From Eledone cirrhosa (Eukaryota), in NCBI GenBank assembly GCA_964016885.1, contig OZ024741.1, positions 32,984,001-33,048,000 on the forward strand: a stretch of DNA of 64,000 nucleotides, read 5' to 3'. Position 1 is the first letter of the stretch. Each line of letters opens with the position of its first letter. The notes below the pieces were generated by a model. It saw only the letters and a program-made list of their open reading frames with translations. It had not been told where the DNA came from and did not search any database. Positions 29,251 through 42,612 of the stretch are shown in pieces. The translations under genes and the position numbers were made by a program.

Positions 29251-30394
29251 TGAGGACTAACAGAATCGTTAAAACATCTAAAATAAAGCCTTGTGGTATT
29301 TTTTCTGATGTCAACAGTTTCTTTTCATTCTTCCGGATGTGTTAAAATAAATTAGTAGTCATTTATTGGAGTTGGTATAATCTGCTAATACCTTCTCCAA
29401 AATTTCAGGCTTGGTGCCAAAGTAAAACATTATTATCTTTATTTTGTTGTACGTATCACAAACAAGATATAAACTCTCCTCTTTGTAATTGACTCGTTTG
29501 ATCTTAAAACTACCTGAGGTGTATACAGGAGGAAAACGTTTTATTGATTTTTCGGATACTCGTACTCTTTTATTAGGAATATACTTATATTTCATGCTAA
29601 AAAATAATCAATCATCTCTAAACCTTCTATTATCCAGATTTCAGGGACCATGTCACATGACAATCATATTCTCTCTATGCTTGACCACATCTCTTACAAC
29701 ATTTCTATAGCTTTATTTCCTACGAATCTAAAGATATCATTTATTATTACTATTTGTTACAAATTAGTCATTAGTTCTTCCACTCATCTCTTCTTTACTG
29801 CTACTAATATAGCTTTTATATTTAGAAGTTATTTCGCTACTATAACTCATACGAGCAACACTTTTATTGATTGTAAGATTCCTACAGGTCTGAAATTAAG
29901 ACTTACGGATGCTTTTGATTTGGATTCTTCGATTCCTATTTTAGAAATATCCAAGACCCCCATTTAGCTATTGGTACAATAGCCTCTGTTCTGTGTAGAA
30001 CACACAATTCAGATTGTATTGATTTCTCGTCCGTTGAAATGTGTTCATGTTAGATGCTTATGCTAAATGGCTCCGTGTCAACACTTCTAACAATGTTGCA
30101 AATCCTTTGCGTTGTATCAAATATTTTGTTTCAAGATATAAATTGTTTCTTTCTCCGGTTTGTTTCTATATGAAAAACAAAATCGATATTACATTCATGT
30201 TTGAAAGTTAACGCTTAATATTCATATTAGTAAACTTTTAACCTTTAACGCATAACGTTTGTGTGACAAGTTTTGCATCAGCAGAAATCAAGCAATCACT
30301 ATTTGTCACAAATGTATTGAGAATCGAAAATACTTGGATATATAAACAATTACTGGTGCGCACAGGATTATATGTAAAATTTTACTGGGCACCA

Positions 30395-30640
30395 ATTTAG
30401 GTTAAAGTATTGCACTGACGGTCGTAAGGTCATGGGTTCGATGTTCGGGCAAGGTGGGGGTATGGTATCTGCGAGCAAGGGAATTATTTTCGTGTTGTTC
30501 CAGCTTACTCAACTGAAAATGAATGCCAGTAAACAGCATCTGAAGGTTTTAACCCTGTGACCGATTGGCGTCACGTCGAGTAGGGAGGAGTGTTTTACTT
30601 TCAATTGTTTAACAGTACATGAAACCGTGATATAATCCGA
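30395..30640 (+). mobile_element. Old tRNA-headed SINE-like relic
   Basis: GGTTAAAG...GGGTTCGATG B-box, ACTCAACTGAAAATGAAT core-like segment; related relic at 30840-31040. Confidence 0.45.
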
Positions 30641-31332
30641 CCTCTAAATTCCAGAAAGACAAACTTCTGATATTAACTTTTATCATAGCCTTGAGTCATC
30701 CACAAGCCACAGAGACTGTCCATACTCCTCTGACTAAGATATTTTTGTATAACATATTTCTATAATATAATTGTATTATATGTGTGTATATTTGGAGGTA
30801 ATATAATAAATTACACTATAGTCATCAATGTGAAGGTGGGTGACCTATTAGTGACCTAGAGTATTGAGCCATAAAACACTAGGTCCTGGTATGGTCCTCG
30901 GACCAAGTAACGTGTTGTATACTTGAACAAAGAACACTTTGCCCAGCTAAAAATGTGTACCAACAGTAGATGGAGGATACCTCTGTGTCAGGACTACTTT
31001 CTGTCGTTTAACACTACATGAGACCTGGGGGAGTTTGATGAGTTTCTGGGTTCAAGAAACACTTCAACTTTTCTTTACTAGTTTACACAGTAGATGGTAT
31101 AATTTCTTCTCATTTTCTTGCTATTTCCTATTTTTTTATACTATCATCTGTTGAAAATCTTTTTTTTTTTTGGTAAAAGATCCTCATTGATGTCGAGGCC
31201 CCGCTCTTGTTTTATTGAATATCTACGATTGATATCTATCTTAAGTCATACAACGTCATTGTTGTTATTTTAGTTGTATAAAACTAACCAATGTATATAT
31301 AATATATATAATGTATATATAATATATATAAG

Positions 31333-31520
31333 AAGGGCGGTGGATTGGCATTATCGGTAGAGGGACGAACGTCATGCATTGCAGCAAAGAGTTACGACCC
31401 TTTATGGTCTGAGTTCACATCCCGCCGAGGTTAACTTTGCCTTTCATCCTTACGGGGTCGTCGAAAAAATAAAGTACCAGTAATACACTGGTATAATTGC
31501 TGGCCTTGTGCCAATAGAAA
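31333..31520 (+). mobile_element. Full-length tRNA-derived SINE
   Basis: A box TGGCATTATCGG, B box GAGTTCACATCC, family core, AATATATATAAGAAG duplication. Confidence 0.88.
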
Positions 31521-31886
31521 AAATATATATAAGAAGTATTACAATTTTTCCTGACGCCTCAACATTCTGCGTATTTTTAGTAGCTTAATTGCTATAAATT
31601 AATGTTTTGTTTCTCATTTCTTACTCCCCTGGACATCGTTTGGTTATGTCAGACGCTGTGACCCCGAATGGACCAGCAGTTAGTAAGAGTCAAAACTGCC
31701 AAGATCCACCTCAACGTCCGATGACCCTGGAGTTCCATGTCTTTTTTTTCTCTTTTTTTTTATTGTTAAGGTTCCCCTTAAAAACGTGTTTTTCGTTTTG
31801 CCTTGTTTTCCGTTCGTTGTCTTGTCCTCTATGTTATTATTCCTAAGTTTATCATATATATATATGTGTATATATATATATATATA

Positions 31887-32073
31887 TAGGAAAAAGTATG
31901 ACCCCGACGGCAGAGCTCAAGCCGTTTCGACGGATATTTCCAGAAATAGCCGTCGAAACGGCTTGAGCTCTGCCGTCGGGGTCATACTTTTTCATATTTC
32001 CCACTCTACTACCCTAAGTATTGAGTACTCTGGTGCGTTATGGTCCATCTGATTCCTTACCACATTTCCTTTG

Positions 32074-32075
<2 letters not shown>
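31887..32075 (+). mobile_element. pLTR-like remnant with inverted 5' duplication
   Basis: Palindrome 31890-31993 plus family tail; (TA)n flanks. Confidence 0.7.
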
Positions 32076-32117
<42 letters not shown>

Positions 32118-32144
32118 TGAGCTCTGCCGTCGGGGTCATACTTT

Positions 32145-34010
32145 TGCGACTTCACAAAACTTATGTTTACCGAATTCGTAGACCAGACCCCTTCTTCTTC
32201 TTCTTCTTCGTCTTCTTCTTTTTCTCCCCCCCCCCCCCCGTTAGACCTGTGCGAAATTCTTTCCTTGCTCACATTTCAACCAGGTTTGATGGTCTTTTGT
32301 CTCTTGTTCACGATTTCACCGAGTTTATATTCATAGAGATCTGGGACTTGTCTATTTCCTCTCACTTTCCGTTGCTTAAACCTTTTTGTTTGTTACCCTA
32401 ACGTCCCCTTTATTTACGTGTCCCAACGACTTTTTTTAGCCGTTGTTCGTACCAACCTGAGGCATATGGCCCTTAAAGCGATGAAATGCCTGGGACGGTT
32501 GGAGGGTCACTGATGAAGGACTTACTTTTTCATATGCACCACCATTTGCAACGCGCAGCCATCATTATTATCATATTTACACATAATTTTTCTTCTGCTG
32601 CCACTCGTCTGTTTCGTTCTTTGTACCTTTTACCCTTTCTCGTTCTTTGTACCTTTTACCCTTTCTAGCAGTCTCTCTCTCTGTTAGCCTCCTCCTCAAC
32701 TTGCACTCATTCATTCTCTGTCACTACCTCTCCTCCTCCTCCTCTTTCCTCCTCCTCCTTCAAGTTTGACCTGTGTGTAATTCTTTTCTCGCGCGGTCTT
32801 GGTCAAGCTGGTGTGGAATTTTTTTCTCTCTCTCTCTTTCGTCTGCGACTTCACAAAACTTATGTTTACCGAATTCGTAGACCAGACCCCTTCTTCTTCT
32901 TCTTCTTCTTCTTCTTCTTCTTCTTCTTCTTCTTCTTTTTCATCCCCCTCGTTAGACCTGTGCGAAATTCTTTCCTTGCTCACATTTCAACCAGGTTTGA
33001 TGGTCTTTTGTCTCTTGTTCACGATTTCACCGAGTTTATATTCATAGAGATCTGGGACTTGTCTATTTCCTCTTACTTTCCGTTGCTTAAACCTTTTTGT
33101 TTGTTACCCTAACGTCCCCTTTATTTACGTGTCCCAACGACCTTTTTTAGCCGTTGTTCGCACCAACCTGAGGCATATGGCCCTTAAAGCGATGAAATGC
33201 CTGGGACGGTTGGAGGGTCACTGATGAAGGACTTACTTTTTCATATGCACCACCATTTGCAACGCGCAGCCATCATTATTATCATATTTACACATAATTT
33301 TTCTTCTGCTGCCACTCGTCTGTTTCGTTCTTTGTACCTTTTACCCTTTCTCGTTCTTTGTACCTTTTACCCTTTCTAACAGTCTCTCTCTCTGTTAGCC
33401 TCCTCCTCAACTTGCACTCACTCATTCTCTGTCACTACCTCTCCTCCTCCTCTTTCCTCCTCCTCCTTCAAGTTTGACCTGTGTGTAATTCTTTTCTCGC
33501 GCGGTCTTGGTCAAGCTGGTATGGAATTTTTTTCTCTCTCTCTTTCGTCTGCGACTTCACAAAACTTATGTTTACCGAATTCGTATACCAGACCCCTTCT
33601 TCTTCTTCTTCTTCTTCTTCTTCTTCTTCTTCTTCTTCTTCTTCTTCTTCTTTTTCTCCCCCCCCCCCCCGTTAGACCTGTGCGAAATTCTTTCCTTGCT
33701 CACATTTCAACCAGGTTTGATGGTCTTTTGTCTCTTGTTCACGATTTCACCTAGTTTATATTCATAGAGATCTGGGACTTGTCTATTTCCTCTCACTTTC
33801 CGTTGCTTAAACCTTTTTGTTTGTTACCCTAACGTCCCCTTTATTTACGTGTCCCAACGACTTTTTTTAGCCGTTGTTCGTACCAACCTGAGGCATATGG
33901 CCCTTAAAGCGATGAAATGCCTGGGACGGTTGGAGGGTCACTGATGAAGGACTTACTTTTTCATATGCACCACCATTTGCAACGCGCAGCCATCATTATT
34001 ATCATATTTA
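32145..34010 (+). repeat. Head-to-tail repeat, about 2.6 copies of a 711-720 bp pyrimidine-rich unit
   Basis: GGCATATGGCCC at 32461, 33172, 33892; units differ mostly in (TTC)n length. Confidence 0.92.
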
Positions 34011-34126
34011 TATATATATATATATATATACTGGTGGCTTAGTTCGGATCTAGCTGCCGAAACGGCCGAAGATCAGCCGTCAGGGTTCTCCTGACTCTTT
34101 TCCTATATATATTTATAAATATATAC

Positions 34127-34203
<77 letters not shown>

Positions 34204-34204
34204 A

Positions 34205-34328
34205 TATATTAGTGGAAATAGGAGATCCACCAGTTTGGGCTAGGAGGTAACTAGCCAAAGCAGCCGAGCTGGCGGTAGATCCCCTGCTTCCACTAATATA
34301 CCAACTCTGCGTCTTACCATGTATCGAT
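34205..34328 (+). other. Imperfect hairpin element between microsatellites
   Basis: TATATTAGTGGAA/TTCCACTAATATA arms and a CTTACCA tail like other pLTR remnants. Confidence 0.5.
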
Positions 34329-34547
34329 AATATACATACATACATTTTAATGTTTTTTTAAAAAGCACCGTATATATTTCAATCACCAACTTCTATCATC
34401 TGATCATAATACAAAACCTGTGCGACATCGTCAGATTCGGATTGCATAATTTGTTCATCAATAAAAGGAATTACAGCAAACACAAGCCGAGAATCGACAA
34501 ACATACATACATACATACATACATACATACATACATACATACATACA

Positions 34548-34579
<32 letters not shown>

Positions 34580-34646
34580 AATATGTACATATATATTAAC
34601 ATATACGCCTCATGTACATGCACACATATACAGACAGTGTGAGTGT

Positions 34647-34928
<282 letters not shown>

Positions 34929-35148
34929 TGGACTATTTCCTTGTTTCAACAGTTGCATGTATTCCACTCCGTACTTTTGATTTTAATTTTAATTTTGATT
35001 TAAATTTGAACTTGAATACAATTCTCGTAAAATATGTCACATCCATTCCACCCTGTAAATACAAAACTGTTGCTCACAACATCAATTTATATCTAGCTGT
35101 ATTATTGTTCAGTTGAATAGGAGGTTAATTATATGTGCAAACATTGGT

Positions 35149-35200
35149 AATGCTCCGATGATTCCAAACGAGAATTTGGAAGAAACGATTGTCAGCTATT
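35149..35200 (+). ncRNA. Hammerhead ribozyme variant with CCGATGA core
   Basis: GCT/AGC stem I, CCGATGA, TTCCAAA/TTTGGAA, GAAA, CGATTG, GTC. Confidence 0.72.
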
Positions 35201-35367
35201 AAATGATTTGAACACTACTTTGATAATTGTATAATTTATTTATTTAACTGCTCTGTAAAACAACTGATGTTCATACATTGAGGTATTTATCTTACTGGTA
35301 ATAAGATAATTAAGAAATTACTGACCTTCCTGTTTATAGTTGTTTATACTATATACATAACTATAAA

Positions 35368-35446
<79 letters not shown>

Positions 35447-35595
35447 ATACTTTGGGAGGGTCATGTTGCCAATAGGAAACACACGCACCAGTTGCTTTCA
35501 CTTCAATTTATTATAATAAATTTATAATAAATTTATAAATTTATAAATTTCTGGTTGGTTGGTTGGTTCCACAACCAGATAGTTGTTTATATATT

Positions 35596-35638
35596 GTCAT
35601 AGTTCTTTCGTCACACAGTCTGTGACCTCTTCAGTGAC
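35596..35638 (-). ncRNA. Minimal type I hammerhead ribozyme
   Basis: GTCA/TGAC, CTGAAGA-G, GTCACA/TGTGAC, GAAA, GAAC, TA. Confidence 0.75.
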
Positions 35639-35837
35639 TGGGGATTCCTTTCTTTGTTTCTGTGCCTCTCCTTTGTTCTGTCCTACGCCATTTTGTTTCT
35701 GTGTGTGTGTTGTGTGCTCAGTCTGCGCATGCGCCACATCCGGGTGTCTGTGTGTGTTTATGTTCATTTATTTATTTGTTTATTTACATGTTACTGGTTG
35801 GTTGTTTGTTCTGTGTGTGTGTGTTTTCATTTTGTCC

Positions 35838-36666
35838 TTAATTGTAAGTTGTGATGTTGCTGTTACACTCATATTTTCTATTTAATTTTGGTTGTAATTC
35901 TTTTATGTTTATTGCCTCTGTAATTTGTCTAAACATTGCGTCTTTTCTGTGTGTAGATTCTATTTTTATTTCTCTGTTCTCTAATTTACCCTTGTGTTCT
36001 ATTTTAGCATGTTGGTAGAGTACAGATGATTCTTTACTATCTTGAAGGTCTCGCCAGTGTTCATTTATCCGTTCTCCTACACTACGAGCTGTCTCACCTA
36101 TGTATACTATATTTTTGTCTCTACATTGTCCTTCAGTACATCTTATGATATACACTACATTTCTAGTTTTGCAGTTAATATGGAGGCTTATTTTACAGGT
36201 TATACATTTCTTATCTATACATGAGGGTCTTTGAAAAGGGTATGTCTTGCTAATAAGTGTTTTTACGGAGGTACCTGGTCTTTCTACTATCTTAATATTG
36301 AGTTTATGTTTGTTTAGGGCCCTTCTAAATTTGTAAGCTAATTCCCCTCTAGGGGTTGTATCGATGAACATTACCCTCTGGTATTTATTGCTATCATACC
36401 ATGAGTTTATTCTATTAGCCTTGTTCCTAGTTCTTTCTATTCTATTCCAAAATTTGCTCCTATACAAGAGGCAGGTCCCATTTATGTCATTATTTACCAT
36501 TTTTTTCCCATTTGGTTCTGGCTCCTCTATACGCTCTGATTTTATCTCTCTGATTGTAGCCAGAGAACTGCATACGGTGGATGAAGTGTTGTATGTGTCT
36601 CTCTAGTTCTTCGGGGTTGCACATGCGGGACACGTTTCTCATCACCCGTACCAAATCCGCAATCAG
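35838..36666 (-). pseudogene. PLE RT thumb and GIY-YIG endonuclease, one +1 shift in an A7 run near 36501
   Basis: LVRVMRNVS..RMQFSGY, FIDTTP.GELA, C..C zinc motif, NVVYIIRC, YIGETARS..ERINEH, DAMFRQITEA, LNRK. Confidence 0.9.
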
Positions 36667-36676
36667 TATATATATA

Positions 36677-37271
36677 GGTAAACGGAAAAGAAAATGCTGA
36701 CAAATTGTTCACAGTGAAAAATAGTTTAATTAGGAATAATTGAGAATTAGTAATTGTATTGGTTAGTATTCAGTTTTGGTTTTAAGTTTTACTGGTTGCG
36801 CATTTCTAATGCTTCTCAAAAATAATTTTGAGATAGAGCGTCCGTGATGTTTGCTCTGATCTGATTAGTTTTGGGAATTCTACCTGTTTTTATGTTAAAA
36901 AAAGTGGCTCCAGCGGTATTAAAATAAGTTTTGCGCCAATTCGGGTTGCAAAAATTCTTGTGGTCAAAACAATTTTGATTGGTCGGTAGAGGTCATGTGA
37001 ATGTAAAAAATTGATTTTGCGCCAAATGTAGGTTTGTGTCGGCAGATTGAGAATTTACTGAGAAATAAGTCTTTCACAACAAATCAGATCAGAGCAAACA
37101 TTACGGGCGCTCTATCTCAAAATTATTTTTGAAAAGCATTAGAAATGCGCAACCGGTAAAACTTCAAACCAAAACTGAATACTAACCAATACTATTACTA
37201 ATTCTCACTTATTCCTAATTAAACTATTTTTCACTGTGAACATTTTGTCAGCATTTTCTTTTCCGTTTACC
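36677..37271. mobile_element. 600-bp MITE with about 190-bp terminal inverted repeats (GGTAAACGG family)
   Basis: 36677-36865 inverted to 37082-37271; TA flanks. Confidence 0.8.
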
Positions 37272-37466
37272 AATATATCATAACTTGTGTGTTACACCTC
37301 TATTCTTTTAAATATATATATATATTTAAAAGAATAGAGGTGTAACACACAAGTTATGATATCTTGGTATATATATATATATATATTGGAAAAGTTAAAA
37401 ACACAAACAATAACAAAGAGTGCAGTTACGAACAGTGTTGGTATTAGGTGTGTGTGTGTGTACATA

Positions 37467-37556
<90 letters not shown>

Positions 37557-38129
37557 TGTGTGAGTGTGTGTGTGTGTACTGTATCTCTTTATCTATTAAT
37601 TAGTATATCTGTATATATATCTCTATATAAACTACAGTGAGATAACCATGTTGGTGTCATGCTATATTCTCATCATAACTTCCATACGTCACACTTGTGT
37701 AGTTCTAGTTTTATTGATATCAGTATGTACACGTACATACATATATGTATACAGACGTACAGTAGTATGTATATATATATATATACATACATGCACACAT
37801 ATATATATGTACGTATGGATTCACCGAACATTTATTATAATGCTCAGTGTGTTTGTAAACAAACATCCCGTATTAAGCCGTAGTGTCCAGCAACCATCGT
37901 TGCTCGTTTGTTCAACACTGACAAAGGAACGCTGTACTAGTTTCAAGCTTATTAGCTATCGTCGGCAACGTATACCTTCCTGCCAGATTGTTGGTCGTAT
38001 ATACTTACCTTATGCATATTTCCGTTTATTGATATCGTTGTCGTCATACCAATGTTGTATTTAACAATTTTACTCGGAATGGTAACTTCAACTTCTCTTT
38101 GTTATATCTTTATCGTCATCATCATCATC

Positions 38130-38362
38130 AGTATCAGTATCAGCATATCGTCGTCATCGTCATCGTCATGGAAGTAGTAGTATTAGTGGTGGTGGTGGTG
38201 GTGGTGGTGGTTGTGTTGGTTGTGGAGGTGGAGGTGGTGGTAGTGGTAGAGGTGGTGATGATATTAGTAGTAGTAGTAGTAGCAGTAGAGGTGGTGGTGG
38301 TGATAGTGGTGGTGGTGGTGGTGTTGGAGGTGGTGGTGATATTAGTAGTAGTAGTTGTTGTT

Positions 38363-38413
<51 letters not shown>

Positions 38414-38459
38414 ATAGTAGTAGTAATGGTAGTAGTTGTGGTGGTAGAGGTGGTGGTGA

Positions 38460-38508
<49 letters not shown>

Positions 38509-38520
38509 TAGTGTTGTAAT
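38130..38520. repeat. (GTA/GTG)n trinucleotide tract
   Basis: Direct inspection. Confidence 0.9.
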
Positions 38521-38529
38521 GAAGACTGA

Positions 38530-39015
38530 CAACTAAGGCATCTTTATGTTCTGAATTCAAATCTGATCGCGGTTAACTCTGCCTCTCATGTCAATGAGGT
38601 GAATAATAATTGCTTCGTAGCACAGAGTTATGTCCCGTTAAGTTTTGAGTTTAAATCCTGCCGAGGTTAGCTTTACGGGGTCGATAAAATAAAGTACCAG
38701 CAAGCACTGAGGTCGATGTAATCGACTTTCCCCTCCCTTTCAAATTCCTGGCCTTGTGCCTAAAGTAGAAACAATTATTAATGTTCGAACTAGGGTAGTC
38801 GTTTGACAGATTCGTTACAGTGTCGGACCAAATGCCTTGTGGTATTTCTTCTTACATTTCACAGTCGGAGTTCAAATTCACTAGACGTCAAGTTTGCGTT
38901 TCGTGCTTTTGCGGTCGATGAAGTAAAATACCAGTGAAAACACTGGAGCTGATACAATCGATTTTTTTCCTCTCTTCAATTTTATAGTTTTGTGCTTATC
39001 TTAGAAATAATTATT
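38530..39015 (+). mobile_element. Cluster of three SINE copies of differing age
   Basis: B box GAGTT(C/T)AAAT and GGTCGAT..AAGTACCAG cores at 38550-38610, 38620-38780, 38790-39010. Confidence 0.75.
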
Positions 39016-39424
39016 ACTGATAGAAGTTGAATGGCAGAGACAGGAAAAAATTAATTATGTTCCTTAATTATCTTTCAAAATGATGTCCTTAATTATGTCC
39101 CATAATTATGTCTCTTTATGTGGTGGATTCAATACCCATCTTGATCGATATTCTCTTTTATATTCCTACTGATCGAAAAACAAAAGATGAGGGCAATATA
39201 ATTATATCAAATCTTCTTCAGTGATAAACTGGAGAGGGGGAGTTATAGCGACTATACTTCTCCTGTAATATATATCTATGTATATATATATATATATATA
39301 TACATATATATGTATATATATATATATATATACACACACGCGCGCACACACACGCACACACCACACGCACACACCACACGCGCACACACGCACACACTCA
39401 CACACACACACACACACACATATA

Positions 39425-40800
39425 TGTCAATTTCTACAACAGAACTATACAAGGAACGTACGTTTCGTTGGTCTGGAGGATTCATTTGATAATATTCTCA
39501 ACTAGTTTTTTTAAGACAAGAGCTCTTATCATGTACCTAAGGCATACGGAAAGGTTTATGTGTATGTGTACGTAGATCATGGCTGAAGTCAAAGAAGTTA
39601 ACACTTGTTTTGTTGGTGGAGACGATCATTTTCACTCCTGGTTCCCTAAATGTGTGATTAGGTTTATCCTAAAAGTATCGAGTGGCTGTTTGTATGGCTC
39701 GAAAGGGCTAGACCATCGTCGGAGTATAAACCCGTCTCAATATCCGGGAATTTGGTGTGTAAGGTTTTCTGAAATAAGAGCCCCACCAAATCGCAAATAT
39801 CGGCGCTACCCAATGACCCCGTAGGGATATCAAAGAAGTCGTTTGTCACGGATTACTTTATCCAAGCATTTTCCTTGTTGAAGAAAAGTGTTTTTCTGCA
39901 GTGTGATATGATCAGTCGGTCTACATCATGGATGTCAATAACTTCCCTGCAAAGTCCAGCGTTTTATCAGTGGATATCGACGGGTAATAGTTCACAAAAT
40001 CAATTTGGAGGAATCTGGTTCTATATCTATGCTTCTATATATGCTACATACAAAAATTAATTGCGCATCCAAATTTACATTGTCTGAAAATCTCGCATAA
40101 GTACAAGCGATGTTTGCCAGCCATATAATCAGGAGAAATGTATTGCAAATGGCAAGACAAGATTTGGTTAAAAGCCTCGCAAAATAGAGTTGAGGGATAG
40201 AAAAGTTATAATTACTGTTGCTTTCGTTAGTTTTTACATCTAAAGAGAACGTGGGCGTGAAGTAGATAATTTTACTTGATCTTTTTGTGGGGAGGTGATG
40301 GGTATATACTGCATATTACCTTTGAAACCGCCATCAAAGAGGGATGAATTAAAATATTTCCTTAGAGGATGGTAGATTGAATGTCCTGTGTGTAATATTA
40401 GGGACTATGTTCTTAAACACTACGGTTCCCGGTCATGAACCTATATTAAAATATTTTAACTGTTCATTTTATTTATGAAACGGCTTGTAAGAGACATAAA
40501 ATAGATAAAGCTGGGTTAATTTTAATTTTATTCTTTGAGAGAATATCTCTGAACCAGGTTATGACAGAAGTTGAGTTGTGTAATTGTAAGAGGTTCATCT
40601 TTTTCTTACCAATGTGTACATATATCTCTTAATATTTTCTTAGTGGTTGATCCTAATTCAATTTTAGCGGGGTCAGTAATCTACAGTCGAGCCTCTTAAT
40701 GATACCGGCTTCGTGATCCTTCGGGTGGATGAAAGTATTGCCAGGCGTTCAATCCTCGTATCGATGTTTCACTTCCTTGCGATAGACTTAGCCACGTCAT
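39425..40800 (-). pseudogene. Decayed Naiad-type PLE RT, interrupted; 3' half of an HHR at its downstream end
   Basis: Minus-strand NSTSVITWFRDI, FFDIPTGS.GSADICDLVGL, GLYSDDGL, SVNFFDFS..HKPF match the 14380 ORF; GAAA CGTACG TT near 39453-39465. Confidence 0.8.
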
Positions 40801-41933
40801 TTATATTATTATAGGAATATACTGTAGCTTTCTGATAATTATTTAAGATTAGTTGATTGTATCTATCGTTATCTACTACTTACAGGTTCTTAATAATATC
40901 GGGGAAAGTAAATACGTTACAAGAGGATTAAAACTTGCTTATATCATTAGAAAACATAGTTTGAATTGGATTATCGTACTTACGGAATTTTATATTGGAT
41001 ATCATATCTAAGTGGTCGGCTTCAAATGATATTAAACCTTTAACACTAGGAGAGTAAGTACACTTTCTCTCTAGCTACGAATATGTCACTTATATAACTT
41101 CCTCTCACATTCTATATCTTATCTTATTTTGCTTTTTGACTGTAATCCTAGGATTTAAATATTTATTTTTATATTCGGAGAGAGTCCTGTTGTTCTAATA
41201 TTGTCAAAAACAGTAAAACTGTTTGGTTTGATTTTCGCTTCAGTATATTTATATATTTTCATAAAAAATTTAGCTGGAAATCAATGTTTATTATTGATTA
41301 ACCAACAGTTAAAAGTACAAATATGAATATAATTTCTCAATGTTCTTCCATCACACATTTCTGTGAGATCTTCAAGGATTATCGCTCTGTTTCCTCCTGT
41401 GGTGTTTCTATAACATTTTTTTGTCTCTGTTTGCGTATGCGTTTGTGAGCGTGTATTCTGTTTGTGTGCTCGTGTGTTCGTGTCTGAGTCTGCGAGTGTT
41501 TATGTGGTTATATTCTATCTTTGGTCGCTAGTGTGTGTTTCTGTATGACTGCTGCTAAAACCTTGCAAAACAAATATATATTTATTTCCCCGATTATATA
41601 CGAAAGGTAAATTATACCAGTTATAACCTTTCTATTCCCGTACTCCTATCTCCGAGCAGGTACAACTCTATTTCGCCTCATTACCAGCCCTTTATATTCA
41701 GCTAACTGTCTCCTGGGTAGTTAGTTACTCGGTGATCTTTCGAGGTTATTGTGGTATATAGATGATACCATGCATGATATACCGACAATAGACATATCAT
41801 GAATATCGACGCCCAGAAACTGTGGCTGAGAAATGGAACTTGTTTGTCCAATCCCAAAATTGATTCGCCACATTTTCCGTCGCTACACACTTTTCTACCT
41901 AGACATACCTATATATATATATATATATATAAA

Positions 41934-42106
41934 TCCAGTCACTGAGGAGGTCACAGAATGTGTGACGAAAGAGCTTTGACAATATATAAACAACCATCCG
42001 GTTATCGAACCAACCAGCCAGCCGAAAATCTATAATAAATAGAAGTGAATACCCACAGGTACGTGTGTTTTTATTGGCAGAATGACCCTCCAAAAGTATA
42101 GCAATA
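41934..42106 (+). mobile_element. Solo pLTR homologous to 35443-35645
   Basis: Colinear match by eye, including the HHR and the TGACCCTCC.AAAGTATA end. Confidence 0.8.
41938..41980 (+). ncRNA. Minimal type I hammerhead ribozyme
   Basis: GTCA/TGAC, CTGAGGA-G, GTCACA/TGTGAC, GAAA, GAGC, TT. Confidence 0.75.
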
Positions 42107-42163
42107 CCCGTTTCAACACACGTTTTCAGATAAGAAATTTTGCAAAACAAATTAAAAAGCGAA

Positions 42164-42226
<63 letters not shown>

Positions 42227-42427
42227 GTAATAATAATATTTATACTTATATATGAGTTATATATAATTATAAATATGGAAGGTAATACTAGGCACTAGCC
42301 AATTACCAGTAGGAGAAAAGGCTCAAGGTAAATTATAAAATGTATTACTGAGCCGAGATACAAAATATAAAACAAACAAATGTTAGTTTAATTACTTGTT
42401 TAATTACTTAGTTTAATTACTTGTATA

Positions 42428-42474
42428 TGCTCCGATGAACCGGACTTTCGTCTGGAAGAAACAATTGTCAAACA
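42428..42474 (+). ncRNA. Hammerhead ribozyme variant with CCGATGA core, decayed stem I
   Basis: TGCT CCGATGA, CCGGAC/GTCTGG, GAAA, palindromic CAATTG, GTC. Confidence 0.6.
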
Positions 42475-42521
42475 ATTAAATTTCACGAAAAATCAGTGAT
42501 GCATCTGGATTTAATTTATTG

Positions 42522-42612
42522 CGTGTTACAATTGTTTCGCCGGCAGGTAGCTCGAGACATGGTCCCTGTATGGATCTGGCTGATTCTACTGCTGCAGGTT
42601 CTTTCAGAGACG
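42522..42612 (-). ncRNA. Long-stem-II hammerhead with CTGAAAGA core
   Basis: CGTCT/ACACG, CTGAAAGA, ACCTGCAG/CTGCCGGC, GAAA, CAATTG, GTA. Confidence 0.65.

Larger units (their letters stand above)
35443..36667 (-). mobile_element. 5'-truncated Penelope-like element (RT thumb + GIY-YIG + pLTR) inserted in (TA)n
   Basis: Coding fragment runs to the TA tract; HHR at 35596-35638; (TA)n both sides. Confidence 0.88.

Noticed and set aside
29359-29967. Possible ancient PLE coding remnants (CKIPTGLKL)
   Set aside because: Only a single short motif; too degenerate to call
31333-31430. tRNA gene
   Set aside because: A and B boxes belong to SINE heads; no cloverleaf, followed by SINE core
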